The notes under the pieces were generated by a model, which ran no database searches, was not told the DNA's origin, and saw only the letters and a program-made list of their open reading frames with translations. Positions 1 through 13,712 of a stretch of 64,000 nt of DNA are shown here, in pieces (the first letter of the stretch is position 1; each line of letters starts with the position of its first letter). Position numbers and translations under genes: made by a program. The stretch is from Chrysomallon squamiferum (Eukaryota > Animalia > Mollusca). The DNA lies in the NCBI GenBank assembly GCA_012295275.1, contig CM022675.1, forward strand, positions 2,666,001 to 2,730,000, in the 5' to 3' direction.

Positions 1-7
1 ATTTTAA

Positions 8-15
8 TTATTATA

Positions 16-80
<65 letters not shown>

Positions 81-131
81 TTATTGTTATTGTTAATATT
101 GTTGTTATTATTATTATTATTATTATTATTG

Positions 132-180
<49 letters not shown>
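8..180. repeat. (TAT)n microsatellite
   Basis: Near-perfect ATT/TAT run. Similar runs lie at about 2497-2570, 13380-13415, 13660-13720, 23960-24013, 39570-39625, 41560-41630, 58955-59033 and 62035-62130. Confidence 0.95.
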
Positions 181-2511
181 CGTAATGGTATTAGTATTAC
201 TTAATTTTTTTGCTTCTTCTGCTGCTAGTAAAGCTTGCATCTGTATTTTTTCGAAAGATATATTTTTTTGTTTCTTTATTATTATAACAATGATTATTTT
301 ATGTTTAATTATATTTTCAACAGGTTTAATAAATGCTTTTAGAAATGATTTTCTTGTAATTTGTTTTCTTTTCTGCAAGAAATCTCTATTTGTCAGCGAT
401 TCTATTGTGTTTTCTCATATAGTACTGTCCTATCCGTTTAACTTGGTGCATCTTGTCTAGTCACGTCTGTATCTTGATGTTAATATCTAAGGGGAAATGT
501 AAGTATTCTTAGAAACATTTAATGTGAAGAGTGGTTGCCCACATTTTACCATACCGTTACCAGTTCATGCTCATTTTACAAAATCTATTTATCACTTTTC
601 TCTTTCTTTTAGTTTTGATTTTGAATTCATTTAGTACAAACAATAATTTTCTAATGATCAAATATTGCCATTCACCAAAATAAGCTTCACTTCGAGAAGA
701 GTTTTCAGTATGGATGTCATCAGTGAACGAATACGTGAATTCAGAAACACATCAGAGAGGAGAAAAAAGAGAGAACAAGCAGGAAAAGACAAGAAACAAA
801 TTTAATAATAATAACAGTAGTAGTAGGTCATTTTAACTATGTACAAACATTTAAATATGATTTAGTTCATCATTCTGTGATATTTATTGCCAGTAATTCT
901 CTTTCACCAGCCGGAATTATAGAAATTGATAAAAATGTCCCGAAAAGTAAAAACAAGAAAGAGACAGATTCGTTCCTTCTACCTGACCTTTGTGTCATTT
1001 ACAGCCAGTATCTCTCTTTTACAAAGAGAAATTAGACAAATAAAACAAAATAAAAAATAAAAAAAATGAAATGTGTGCGTATCCGTGTGTGTGTGTGTGT
1101 GTGTGTTCATGTGTGTGTGCGTGTATGTGTGTTTGTGTTTGTGCCTACACTTTTTCCTTTACAGATCCTGTCATTATGAGTGATGAAGTTTAATTAAACA
1201 ATAGTGGACATTTTAGCAAAGCACAAAATTACTAGTAGATGAAATCTGTCTGTGCTCCACCCAGCACTCACAGTCCACGTCTAATGCAGCTCTAGACAAA
1301 ACTACTTCAGCCTTTTTCATTTTTTGTTAAATTGTTTTTAAACTTCACTTTTCTCTCTCAGATTGTTTTCACACAAAATAGAGAGCTATATGATGTGGAT
1401 GAAAGAATGACGCACCTTTTCTAAACTTTTCTCTCCAAAGAAATCAAACAAATATGACGAGTTGATAGATGTACTCAAGAATTAACTTATTAGTCTGTGT
1501 AGTGCACACACCACTTATCTGAAAATACAACTTCACTTCATCATCCTAACTCCTGCAGAGAAAGGATCCATATCAGACAGGTTTTTTGTTTTTATTTATT
1601 TTTTAATTTTATTATTATTATTATTATTATAAAAAATATTTCACGTTATAGTCAAATTTGGAAATAGAGATGTCATTTAATTTAGCATTCTGAAACATGT
1701 TTAGATTCTATCAATATTGTGCTTTGCTGTTTTTCAAAAGGACTGTATGTGTGAAATTTTACAGATATTTTTTTTTTCTCTTATCTAACAAAAGTGCAAC
1801 AAGAATAACAAAAACAGTCATAAGTACTTTTGTAAATATATTCATTTCAAAAAGTTATACAAAAGAATACTGAAAATATGAAACAGAGAATAAGTTACAC
1901 TGCAGTGACACAAACAAGTTAACTTACATTATTGTTTAACATAATACATCCAGAACTGTCAGATGTAGCAGTCCACTTGTGAATAAAGAAAAAAACATGT
2001 TAATAGTAGTATGTATCAGTCTAGTTGTATACAAATATTGTGAACAGTGTATATACCAGTCTAAGTGAAAATAAAATATTGTTAACATTGTTATGTACCA
2101 GTCTAGCAGTAAACAAATCATGTTAACACTGTTAAGTACCAGTCTAGCTGTAAACAACTTTTATTAACAGCATCATGTACCAGTCTAGTTTGAAACAAAT
2201 CTTGATATCAGATGAAACATCCATATTAACACAAATGTAAATACTTTTACTGATATTTTAAAAATAAAATGTTAATATAATCAGGGTTCACAGTTTATTA
2301 GAAAAGGACATTGTTAATTTGAGAAATTATTAAAACTTCATTATAATACTGCTGTATTAAAGCAGCTGTTTTAATGGAGTTTTTTCACGAATTGTAAAGT
2401 CCTGAAACAAAAAATAATAAAAAAAATAAAAATAAACAAATAAAGTAAATAAATAAATAATAACAATTATAATAAAAATATAAATTAAAAAAAAAATTAA
2501 TAATAATAATA

Positions 2512-2569
<58 letters not shown>

Positions 2570-4434
2570 CTTTTGTTTTCATATGTGCTACCTATAAAAT
2601 ATAAAAGTGCAGGCTGGCATAAAAATATCTTATTATGATGTATATATTTGATGCACTGTATATCTAAGAAAATACTAATAATAACAAAACAAAACAAAAA
2701 TTAAAATTAAAAAAAAAATTTATAAAATACATTGTTAATTAATACTACACAGTAAAATTAAAAAATTAAAAAATATTATAATACAAAAATAAAACTACTA
2801 GACAATTGTGTTGTAATTGCTATATTTCTTACTGCTCATCAGTTTCATATTCAAATACTGTGAAGAAAACTGGTATGTAATATCTTGTTTATGTAAAAAT
2901 GTGATGTAGGCTACATTTAAATACAAAAGTTATATCTAGTTTAAGTAGACAGGTGACAAGCAGGCTGTGATAGTTGACTTAGCAGAACTTGGATGACAAA
3001 TGTTGAGAATTTCCTGATATGAAAACTAATAATACTTCAACCAAAAAAGTATAGTTATTTTATTTTTGTTATTAAATAACTAAACTGTGATATACTGGAT
3101 ATTTTTTCTCTTATTTATTCATTTATTTAATTTCATTATTTAGCATTATAATAAATATACATTTTAATTTATTTTCTTATTATAATTTTATTTTTTGTTT
3201 TTCTTAGCAATTACTGGCTTATATTTTGATTTTTCTCAACATCACAGAAGGAAATATGTATTTATTCTTTGTATGTTTGTTTTATATTTTATTTATTTTA
3301 AATCTATTTTATCTATGTTAACAATCATATAAAATAATGGACATACACACAGATATACATATCAACATACAACATACTGATCGTCATGCATAACTTGATA
3401 TATTATCATGCTGATGATAATAATAAACCATACATACATTATACATGCAAATCATAATTAAAAGAAATATACATTTAAAGAATGGACATGCAGCATTTTA
3501 CAAATATTCAAATTTGCATTTAACATTTTATATCATACAGTTCAATGAAAAATATGCAGTTTCTGAAAACCCTGCCTATAATTATAATGGAGTGTAAATT
3601 TAAAAGAAATTGTAAAAGAAAACATTTAAAATAATAAATAAATAAAAATGAATGATATAGTTTTATTGCATGCCTGCATATTGGTATAATTTGTAGAGTT
3701 TGTAAAATTGTCTATTTTATGATTGTAGTCACATCATATCCTGACACCAGATACAAAAAAAAAATATATAATCTGCATCATCGTTATCTCACAAAATGAA
3801 AAAAAAAAACCAAAACCCCAAAACCCCATATATTTATAGTTTTTCAAACTCTTTTATTATTAATATATCAAAAATGAAATTCTAATATGTATGACAAAAC
3901 TGATAAATCAATGATACTTGGTTTATGTTATCTATACAGATACAAATTTAAAAAATCTATTTGATTGCATACAGTTCTATTCTGAAGACAGCAAGTGAGT
4001 ATTTCAAAACTGTAATAATTAGAAAGAAAAGGTAATAAAAATCTCTGAAGTGACTAACATGAATTAGAACTGTGTATGAGTCACAGAGTTTGTTAAGTTT
4101 CTCTGATATTACAATTAATCTCAACATTCAATCTGGACAAAGCCAGTTAGTATTTATTAATCTAAAAGAAAAAAGAATATATATATATATATATTATATT
4201 AAAGAAATTATATAAGTTTTATTATTGTAAGCTTCCAAGCTGACACTGTGTACTGTTACAACAGTTATATCAAAGATTTAAAAGAGAAACAGTTTCTTGA
4301 TACAACAGAGTTACAACAATCAGTGATAAACAAATGTGGAATGCTCTTCATCTTTGGCTTATGTTATCTGCACGAAAAAAACTGCTGTGTTTGAAATTGT
4401 GTAACACTCCAGACACTAAAATCCATCATTCACC

Positions 4435-4672
4435 CAGTTTGTTAAAATGTTGTAAAATTACATTAGTTTCATAAGTTCTACAGTTTGTTAAAATGTTGTA
4501 AAATTACATTAGTTTCATCAGTTCTACAGGTTGTTAAAATGTTGTAAATAACATTAGCTTTATCAGTTCTACAGTTTGTTAAAATGTAAAATTACATTAG
4601 CTTTATCAGTTCTACAGTTTGTTAAAATGTTGTAAAATTACATTAGCTTCATCATTTCTACAGTTTGTTAAA
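4435..4672. repeat. 46-bp tandem repeat, about 5 copies, downstream of the chimaerin stop codon
   Basis: Unit cagtttgttaaaatgttgtaaaattacattagtttcatcagttcta at 4435, 4481, 4527 and onward. Confidence 0.9.
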
Positions 4673-5189
4673 GTATTCTGATGTTACATTATAAGAAGAA
4701 AAAAACATACTGTTTCTGTTATCTGTTGAAAAATATTATTAATTAAAATTCATTATTAGTATCCAAGTATTACACCAATTAATAATAATGATTTTTAGTT
4801 GAAATGCTCTACTATGACATTCCATTAACTAGATGTAACAATTTTTGTTAAAAAAATAATGTAACCATATGATTTGAAACATAATATAAATGTCCTCATA
4901 TCTGAAACATTGCATTAATTAATATCAAAATTACAAATGCCACAAATTTTTTTTATCAATAGTCTGAACATATAATCATCATTTTGTGTTGAAACATTAG
5001 AAATAGTAATCATTTCTGTTTTGACATTACAGAAAACTTGTCTTTCACAGTGTTACTTTAAGTGAGTTCAGTTGAAAGATCAAACAAAGTAAGATCTTCT
5101 GATCTAGACACATCTTTTTAATTTAATGCTGTTCTGAGTAGAACTGACCTGAAATGAAACTGAAGCAAAACTGACCAATGGTCAGTCAG

Positions 5190-8100
5190 TCATTTAGAAA
5201 ATATATCTTTGTAGTTGAGAAGCATCAGTTCTATGACTTTCTGTTCAAACTTGGCAGCCATCAGACTGATCATGGGGTCTGTTTCAAGTGGCCTCATCAA
5301 CGTCGGCGCAAACACGATAGCCAGGTTCTCAGCACTCATCATCGTCTTCTCCTTCATCTCCGCAACTCTGAAACACAACATTTCAACTCTGAAACACAAC
5401 ATTTCAACATTCTAACTCTGAAACACAACACTTCAACATTCTAACTCTGAAACACATTTCAACATTCTAACTCTGAAACACAACATTTCAACATTCTAAC
5501 TCTGAAACACAACATTTCAACATTCTAACTCTGAAACACAACATACATTTTAACTCTGAAACACATTTCAACATTTTGTTTTTAACTCTTAAATGCCCAA
5601 CATTTCAACATTTCATTTTTAACTCTGAAACACACAACATTTAAACATTTCATTTTTTACTCTGAAACACAACATTCCGACATTCAATTGTTAACTCTGA
5701 AACAGTACAGTTCAACACTTCTGTTTTAACTATGAAACAAAATATTTCAATATTTCATTTTTAACTGTGAAAGAAAAAAAAACATTTCAGTATTTCCCTT
5801 TGAAACGAAAAACAAACATTTCAAGTTTCATTTTTGTCTGATGAAAGACAACACAGAACTCATCTAAAGGAGACAGAAGGCATTTCAGTATCTGGTAGTC
5901 TGCTCACCTCACTAAGTGATACAAAAGATATTTCAGTGTCTGAGAGTCTGCTCACAGTACTCACTTGACTAAGTGAGACAGAAGATATTTCAGTGTCTGA
6001 GAGTCTGCTCACAGTACTCACTTGACTAAGTGAGACAGAAGATATTTCAGTGTCTGAGAGTCTGCTCACAGTACTCACTTGACTAAGTGATACAAAAGAT
6101 ATTTCAGTGTCTGGCAATGAGCTCACAGTACTCACTTGACTAAGTGATACAAAAGATATTTCTGTGTCTGGCAATGAGCTCACAGTACTCACTTGACTAA
6201 GTGATACAAAAGATATTTCTGTGTCTGGCAACGAGCTCACAGTACTCACCTGACTAAGTGAGACAGAAGATATTTCATTGACTGGTAATGAGCTCACAGT
6301 ACTCACCTGACTAAGTGAGACAGAAGATATTTCAGTGTCTGGTAATGAGCTCACAGTACTCACCTGACTAAGTGAGACAGAAGATATTTCAGTGTCTGGT
6401 AATGTCTGCTCACAGTACTCACCTGACTAAGTGAGACAGAAGATATTTCAGTGTCTGGTAATGAGCTCACAGTACTCACCTGACTAAGTGAGACAGAAGA
6501 TATTTCAGTGTCTGGTAATGAGCTCACAGTACTCACCTGACTAAGTGAGACAGAAGATATTTCAGTGTCTGAGAGTCTGCTCACAGTACTCACCTGACTA
6601 AGTGAGACAGAAGATATTTCAGTGTCTGAGAGTCTGCTCACAGTACTCACCTGACTAAGTGAGACAGAAGATATTTCAGTGTCTGGTAATGAGCTCACAG
6701 TACTCACCTGACTAAGTGAGACAGAAGATATTTCAGTGTCTGGTAATGAGCTCACAGTACTCACCTGACTAAGTGAGACAGAAGATATTTCAGTGTCTGG
6801 TAATGAGCTCACAGTACTCACCTGACTAAGTGAGACAGAAGATATTTCAGTGTCTGACAGTCTGCTCACAGTACTCACCTGACTAAGTGAGACAAGATAT
6901 TTCAGTGTCTGGTAATGAGCTCATAGTACTCACCTGACTAAGTGAGACAGAAGATATTTCAGTGTCTGGTAATGAGCTCACAGTACTCACCTGACTAAGT
7001 GAGACAGAAGATATTTCAGTGTCTGACAGTCTGCTCACAGTACTCACCTGACTAAGTGAGACAGAAGATATTTCAGTGTCTGGTAATGAGCTCACAGTAC
7101 TCACCTGACTAAGTGAGACAGAAGATATTTCAGTGTCTGGTAATGAGCTCACAGTACTCACCTGACTATGTGAGACAGAAGATATTTCAGTGTCTGGTAA
7201 TGAGCTCACAGTACTCACCTGACTAAGTGAGACAGAAGATATTTCAGTGTCTGGTAATGAGCTGGGGCTAACTTGTTACAGATCTCCTTCACCTGTCTGA
7301 CTTTCTCAGTGTTGTCTACGTCACATTCTACAAAATTGTCAAATTCTGTTTAAAACACTGATACAAGTGAGAAGATGTGACAGCTAAAAGCTTTTCTGAA
7401 CTTAATCAAAAACACAAACATATCATTCCAACATTCAACTTCTTTAATTGTAATTACTCAAAAATAATTTAATGTTTATTTAATCATTCTCCGACCGTTT
7501 TCACAAGACGGTGACAAATGATTTCTTAATAGATGAAATTAGTTAATTAATATATTAGTTATTAATAAATGATTTTCCAAATGTATAAAATTAATAATGT
7601 GAACTCTTAGTTAAAGACTGAATTGAAATAAATTATTTCTAAAACACAGAAGAAGAGTCAAAGTATAATTATCACGTCTTTTCAATAGTGTTTAAGAACT
7701 TACTTATAACGTCTAACAGAAGCTTGTAGACATCAAATGAGACTAGTGGTATTGGAAGTAGTCTAAAATACAGTTTCAGTGCACTTGTGATTGTATTGAT
7801 GTCATCATACTTGCTGGCACTGATGTCAGCATTCTCAACATCTACAACAACAACAAAAATGTTTACATTTGTGTGTTCAAAAGTATAATCATGTGTATGT
7901 ATGAATATGTATCTATGTATATATGTTTGTATGTATGCAAGTGTGTATGTATGTGTGTTGTGTTACTCAGTATTTTTTTTTTTATATAGTTAATAATCTT
8001 CATATTACTTATCTAAACAAGCTGTCTGTGAACGTTTTTAAAAATGAATTTTAAAACATTTATGTAAATAAAATAAAAATGTAAACAACACATTTACATT

Positions 8101-11100
8101 AATCTCTAACCTTTATCAAACGCCATTCTGATTGATTCTACATCGTCATGGAAACCTGCTATCCGATACAATCCTTCTGAGTTCATACCTTTCAAGTAAC
8201 AAAAATAAACAAGTTATTTAGCTACTAATAAGATATACCTACAAATATTGCATAAAACAGTTTCATTTCAAATTTTATGTTGAGTTAATACATGATTATC
8301 ATGTTTCAGTTCACAAAAATTATAACATCATTGTCATAAAAAAAATAAAAATAGAAATAAAAATAACATTTTAATAATAATAACATCAACAACAACAACA
8401 GTAATAGTAATAATGATAAAACTACTAAAAGTACTACTACTATACTACTACTACTATTATTACTACTACTACTGCTACTACTACTACTACTACTACTATT
8501 AACAATAATAAATATAAATCAGTCAAATGTAAAGACAGATTTTTAAAGATCATATTGTGTAAGTTCACTGAAAAGAACATTTCTTACCTCTAGATTCTAT
8601 TTCTTTTATACATTTTTCTACAACGTGAGGTATCCCAGTCTTCTGAGCTTTGACCACTGTGGTCAGATCAGCACCGTAGATGCGCTTCACGTACTTCATG
8701 TCAGGCATGCAGTCGTTAGGAACTTTCTCTGAGCACTTCTTGTGAGCCTCAAAACCACAGTCTGAAATTTACTCTTCTCCTTGTCACATACTCTTTATTT
8801 TATTCAACAACAGTTAATATTACACAAACAACAGCTATTATTACTTCCACCACTAGTACCATTATTACTACTGTTACATCAACTACTACTGCTGCTATTC
8901 CTACCACTATTAGTCTACTACTGCTGCTATTCCTACCACTATTAGTCTACTACTGCTATTACAAGAGTTACATTAACAACTACAACTACTATTAGCCTAC
9001 CACTACTACTACTACTGCTAGCGTTACATCAGTAACTTCTACTCCTATTACTACTACTACTGCTATTACTATTACTATTGTCATTTCAACAACTACTACC
9101 ACTATTACTACTACTACTATTATTTACACTACTACTACTACTACTAGCCCACTATTACTCTTATTAATAAGACTGCTACTATTACTAGTGTTTCATTAAC
9201 ATCTACTATTAGTGGTATTTGTGATAGTAGTAGTAGTAGTAGTACTAGTAGTAGTGACTGCAGCAGTGTAGTTGTACTGTTACTACTGCTGCCTTTGCTG
9301 AGAGCTACATTATTATTAGAAAGTAATAAAAAAAGAAACAGAAGCCCAGTAGAGTTGTTGTGGTAGATGCTACTGTGTGCGCTGTTGTATATTTTAAACA
9401 AATATCTGACACTGACCTTGACATTTGACCCCTTGAGCTATTAATCCCCACATAAAGTTGGCACAAAAGTCACACCAGTGAAGGCCCATAAAATTCTGAA
9501 CCTGTGAAATTTAAATAAATTAAAATTAATAACCAAAATGTTGTTAAATAACCACGTATACATGTATTAGCCTCTCACAAACACTCATGTTGTTTTACTA
9601 TATAAAATTCTGAACCTGTGAAATTGAAAATTGAAAATTAATAACCAAAATGTTCTTATATAAACTACATATAGATGTATTAGACTCTCATGTTATTTTA
9701 CTATATAAAATTCTGAAGCTGTTGAATAGAAAATTTGAAATTAAATTTAGAAATAAACACGCTATCATTAGAAAATGTAGTTTACATACATATATATTAT
9801 TTTCTAATGATAGCGTGTTTATTTTAATGGATAGTTAAAACTGTTATGAACAGTGTAAGCAGTTTAAGGCTTTTTTTTATCATTGATATTAAAATACTTA
9901 CTAAATAGTGCACAATATCTCACACACACACACACACACTCACACACACACACACACACACATGCACACATAAACCAAAAAAACAAGATTCTATGTCTCC
10001 AAGGCAACAATATCCTCAGTTACCTTAAAACAATGAGCTTTCTCTGTGTCCTTCCAGTCAGGTGAGAAATCTTCATCATCATCCTCCTCCCCCTCGTCTG
10101 TCATCGACTCCTGCAGTGAAAACAATACAGTGTCTAGTGTGGACCAACAGTGAAAACAACAAAGTGTTTAGTGTGAACCAACAGTGAAAACAACACAGTG
10201 TCTAGTGTGGACCAACAATGAAAACAACAAAGTGTGGACCAACACAGCGTCTAGTGTGAACCAACAGTGAAAACAACACAGTGTCTAGTGTGAACCAACA
10301 GTGAAAACAATACAGTGTTTAGTGTGGACCAACAGTGAAACAATACAGCGTCTAGTGTGGACCAACAGTGAAACAACACAGTGTCTAGTGTGAACCAACA
10401 GTGAAAACAATACAGTGTTTAGTGTGGACCAACAGTGAAAACAACACAGTGTCTAGTGTGGACCAACAGTGAAACAATACAGTGTCTAGTGTGAACCAAC
10501 AGTGAAAACAATACAGTGTATATTGTGAACCAACAGTGAAAACAATACAGTGTCTATTGTGAACCAACAGTGAAACAATACAGTGTCTAGTGTGAACCAA
10601 CAGTGAAAACAATACAGTGTCTAGTGTGAACCAACAGTGAAAACAATACAGTGTCTAGTGTGAACCAACAGTGAAAACAACACAGTGTCTAGTGTGAACC
10701 AACAGTGAAAACAATACAGTGTCTAGTGTGAACCAACAGTGAAAACAACACAGTGTCTAGTGTGGACCAACAGTGAAAACAATACAGTGTCAAGTGTGGA
10801 CCAACAGTGAAAACAATAGTGTCTAGTGTGGACCAACAGTGAAAACAATACAGTGTCTAGTGTGAACCAACAGTGAAAACAACACAGTGTCTAGTGTGAA
10901 CCAACAGTGAAAACAACACAGTGTCTAGTGTGGACCAACAGTGAAAACAATACAGCGTCTAGTGTGGACCAACAGTGAAAACAATACAGTGTCAAGTGTG
11001 GACCAACAGTGAAAACAATACAGTGTCAAGTGTGGACCAACAGTGAAACAATACAGTGTCTAGTGTGAACCAACAGTGAAAACAACACAGTGTCTAGTGT

Positions 11101-13378
11101 GGACCAACAGTGAAACAATACAGTGTCTAGTACAGTAAAAACAAATTTTATTTTAAACTGCTTAAAAGGAATAAACGAGTGTCATAGCTACCACCATAAC
11201 ACATTATCTTGTTACAGAAACACACACACACAGAAATAAAATAATAAAAAATAAAATAAAATAAAGTAAAGTAAAAAAAAATAATAATAATAATCAATAA
11301 ATAAAAATAAAATAAAATAAAATAAAATAAAATGAAGTAAATAAATAAAAAATAAAACATAATAAAATAAAATAAAATAAATAAATAAAACAAAATGAAA
11401 ATCAATAAATAAAATAAAAAATAAATAAAATAAAATAAATAATAAAAAACAAAAAAAATAAATAAATAAAATAAAATAAAATAAAATAAAATAAAAACAC
11501 ATGAAAGAAAAAGATAAATGGAAAAACAATTAGTAAAACAGAAAAAAAATAAATGAAAAGAAATTATTTACCATTTATGTTATAAAAAAAGCAGTTAGTC
11601 ATAAAAAAATGTATTCATATATCATCTTTCAAAAACCAAATTAAACAATCCAAAATGAAAACCCTGCAGCTTAAATTAGGGAAAGATAATAAAAAGAATT
11701 TGACTTAAATACAAGGGCAATAACATTTGTATTCTAGAGCCTAGAAATAATCATTCAAGACCAAATAAACAGGTCAAAACAAATCTGGCATTAAGCAGAA
11801 AAATTATCATAAAAAAAATATATATATAAAATTTTACAATACATACTAAGTGTTTCATAACTTACAAATTAATTGTTAAAAGTTTTATAAAAACGAACAA
11901 ATTCCTAACTGTATATTTAAATCCCATAGTTCCAAATCATGGCATTACTTTATCAGAATTTAACATAAAAAAATAATAATAATAATAATAATAATAAAAA
12001 TAATTTTAAAAGTATACATATCTAGTTTCATAAAAAAGGTGAAGGGTAATGAAAAGACAAGCTGTTTAAAATTTAATAAAGTTGTTTTAATGTGTGAAAC
12101 AGGAAACAGTTTTCTGTTTGCTGGGCTGGAGAGGCAGACAGACAAAGAGCAATGATAAAGAGAAAAGTACTGACAGGGGTAGACAACTCTTGCTGCCTGG
12201 TGTCATCGCGACTGTCGGTGACATCGAGTCTCCGTGCTGTTTTGGCTTTGCTCCGTGTTTTGTACTTAGATTTGTAGTTGTACGCCAGGTACGGAGACTC
12301 CTCGTAGTTCGATTCGTTTGACAACGTGGAGATGTAGTCGGAGGCTCGCAGCTCAATGTAAAAGTGGATGAGGCCATCTGCCACGAGGTCGTGAACAGTG
12401 TCAAAACGTTTCTCACCAACAAAATGTTTTCCTTCATAATACAACTTGAAATTTTTGGTCTCTCCATTGAATCTGCAAAAAAGAATTAAGAATTAAACAA
12501 ACAGGACAACAACAGTAAAAACAATGACAAAATGTTTCACAGAAAAATGTATTTTTAAACAGAGAATTTAGAGAGGTTTCTTGATGGGAAAAGAGGAGAT
12601 TATAAATTGTCAGCATTAAAAGCATCAATTTTAAAGTAAATCAGATTTAGACCAAAATTGTCAAGTTCTGACTAAAGTAATCAGGTTTAGACTAAAATAG
12701 TCAAGTTTTGACTATAGAAATCAAGTTTAGACTAAAATAGTCAAGTTCTGACTTAAGTAATCAGGTTTAGACAAAAACAGTCAAGTTCTGACTAAAGTAA
12801 TCAGGTTCAGAGTAAGACTGTGAGTTCAGCAAGCTTACTAAGTAGATTTTACACAGCTCAAAGTAACTGTTTTAATTTCTTTTATCTGCCACAGTACTGA
12901 AAAATACAGTTAAAATATGTCTAATTCTGCCTGTTAGTAGTGTGTGTAATAACGTATTGCTAACACATTTAACTACGTGTCTACTGTTTATTGTTAAGCT
13001 AGCTCACCTGATAGCGAGAGTGAATGCATCAGGAGCCCGCTCACTCTTTCTCACGAGATAACAACCGTCTCCTTCACTTAGGAGCTGGTCCGTTTCTTCT
13101 CGACTGATACTTCCGTGAAATCTGCAAACAAAATGAACTTCTTTTACAAAATCTGTTGTTAATCATATCTTTAAACTCATTTAAACTAAAACAACAACAC
13201 TCGTAATAACAAAATAAATAATAATAAGAAGAAATTATGATAACAGTATTAATAACATCTAACGATGATAATATCAAATATGTAAGATTTTGGATTAGCT
13301 GAATTTGATGAATACTTTAAGTATTTTGTTTCAAATAATAATCATATATAAAACATTGTTAAATTAAAAAAAAAACAG

Positions 13379-13416
<38 letters not shown>

Positions 13417-13656
13417 AACTTTGATTTTCTCCTCATACTAAACTACTTTAGAAATGCTATTTTGTTTCTGTCATTGCTATAATCATTTATATTTATGAAA
13501 AGAAACTCAATTAAGTTCTGAGTAAGTAATAACCAATCAAGCAAACAACCAAAGACAATAAACAATGAAACAAACAAAGAAACAAACAAAAAAGCAAATA
13601 TATAAAATAGGTTTACTTACTCTTTACCATAGAAGAAGGGTCTGTTCAAAACCTGA

Positions 13657-13712
<56 letters not shown>

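Noticed and set aside
4-460. Poly-Ile, poly-Tyr and poly-Leu ORFs here and at 2385-2697, 11148-11529, 39503-39725, 41016-41892, 48196-49395
   Set aside because: They are translations of microsatellites and low-complexity DNA.
650-805. Lys/Arg-rich short open frame ending at ~805
   Set aside because: It has an upstream in-frame stop, no clear acceptor and no recognisable homology.
5860-7218. ORFs with [19 protein letters not shown] repeats (mucin-like)
   Set aside because: These are an off-frame reading of the 51-bp intronic minisatellite. The meaningful frame is the RhoGAP exon end.
10114-11130. CRISPR-like appearance of the 23-51-bp arrays (also at 26731, 45985, 57447)
   Set aside because: Units are contiguous with no unique spacers, there are no cas genes, and the context is eukaryotic introns.
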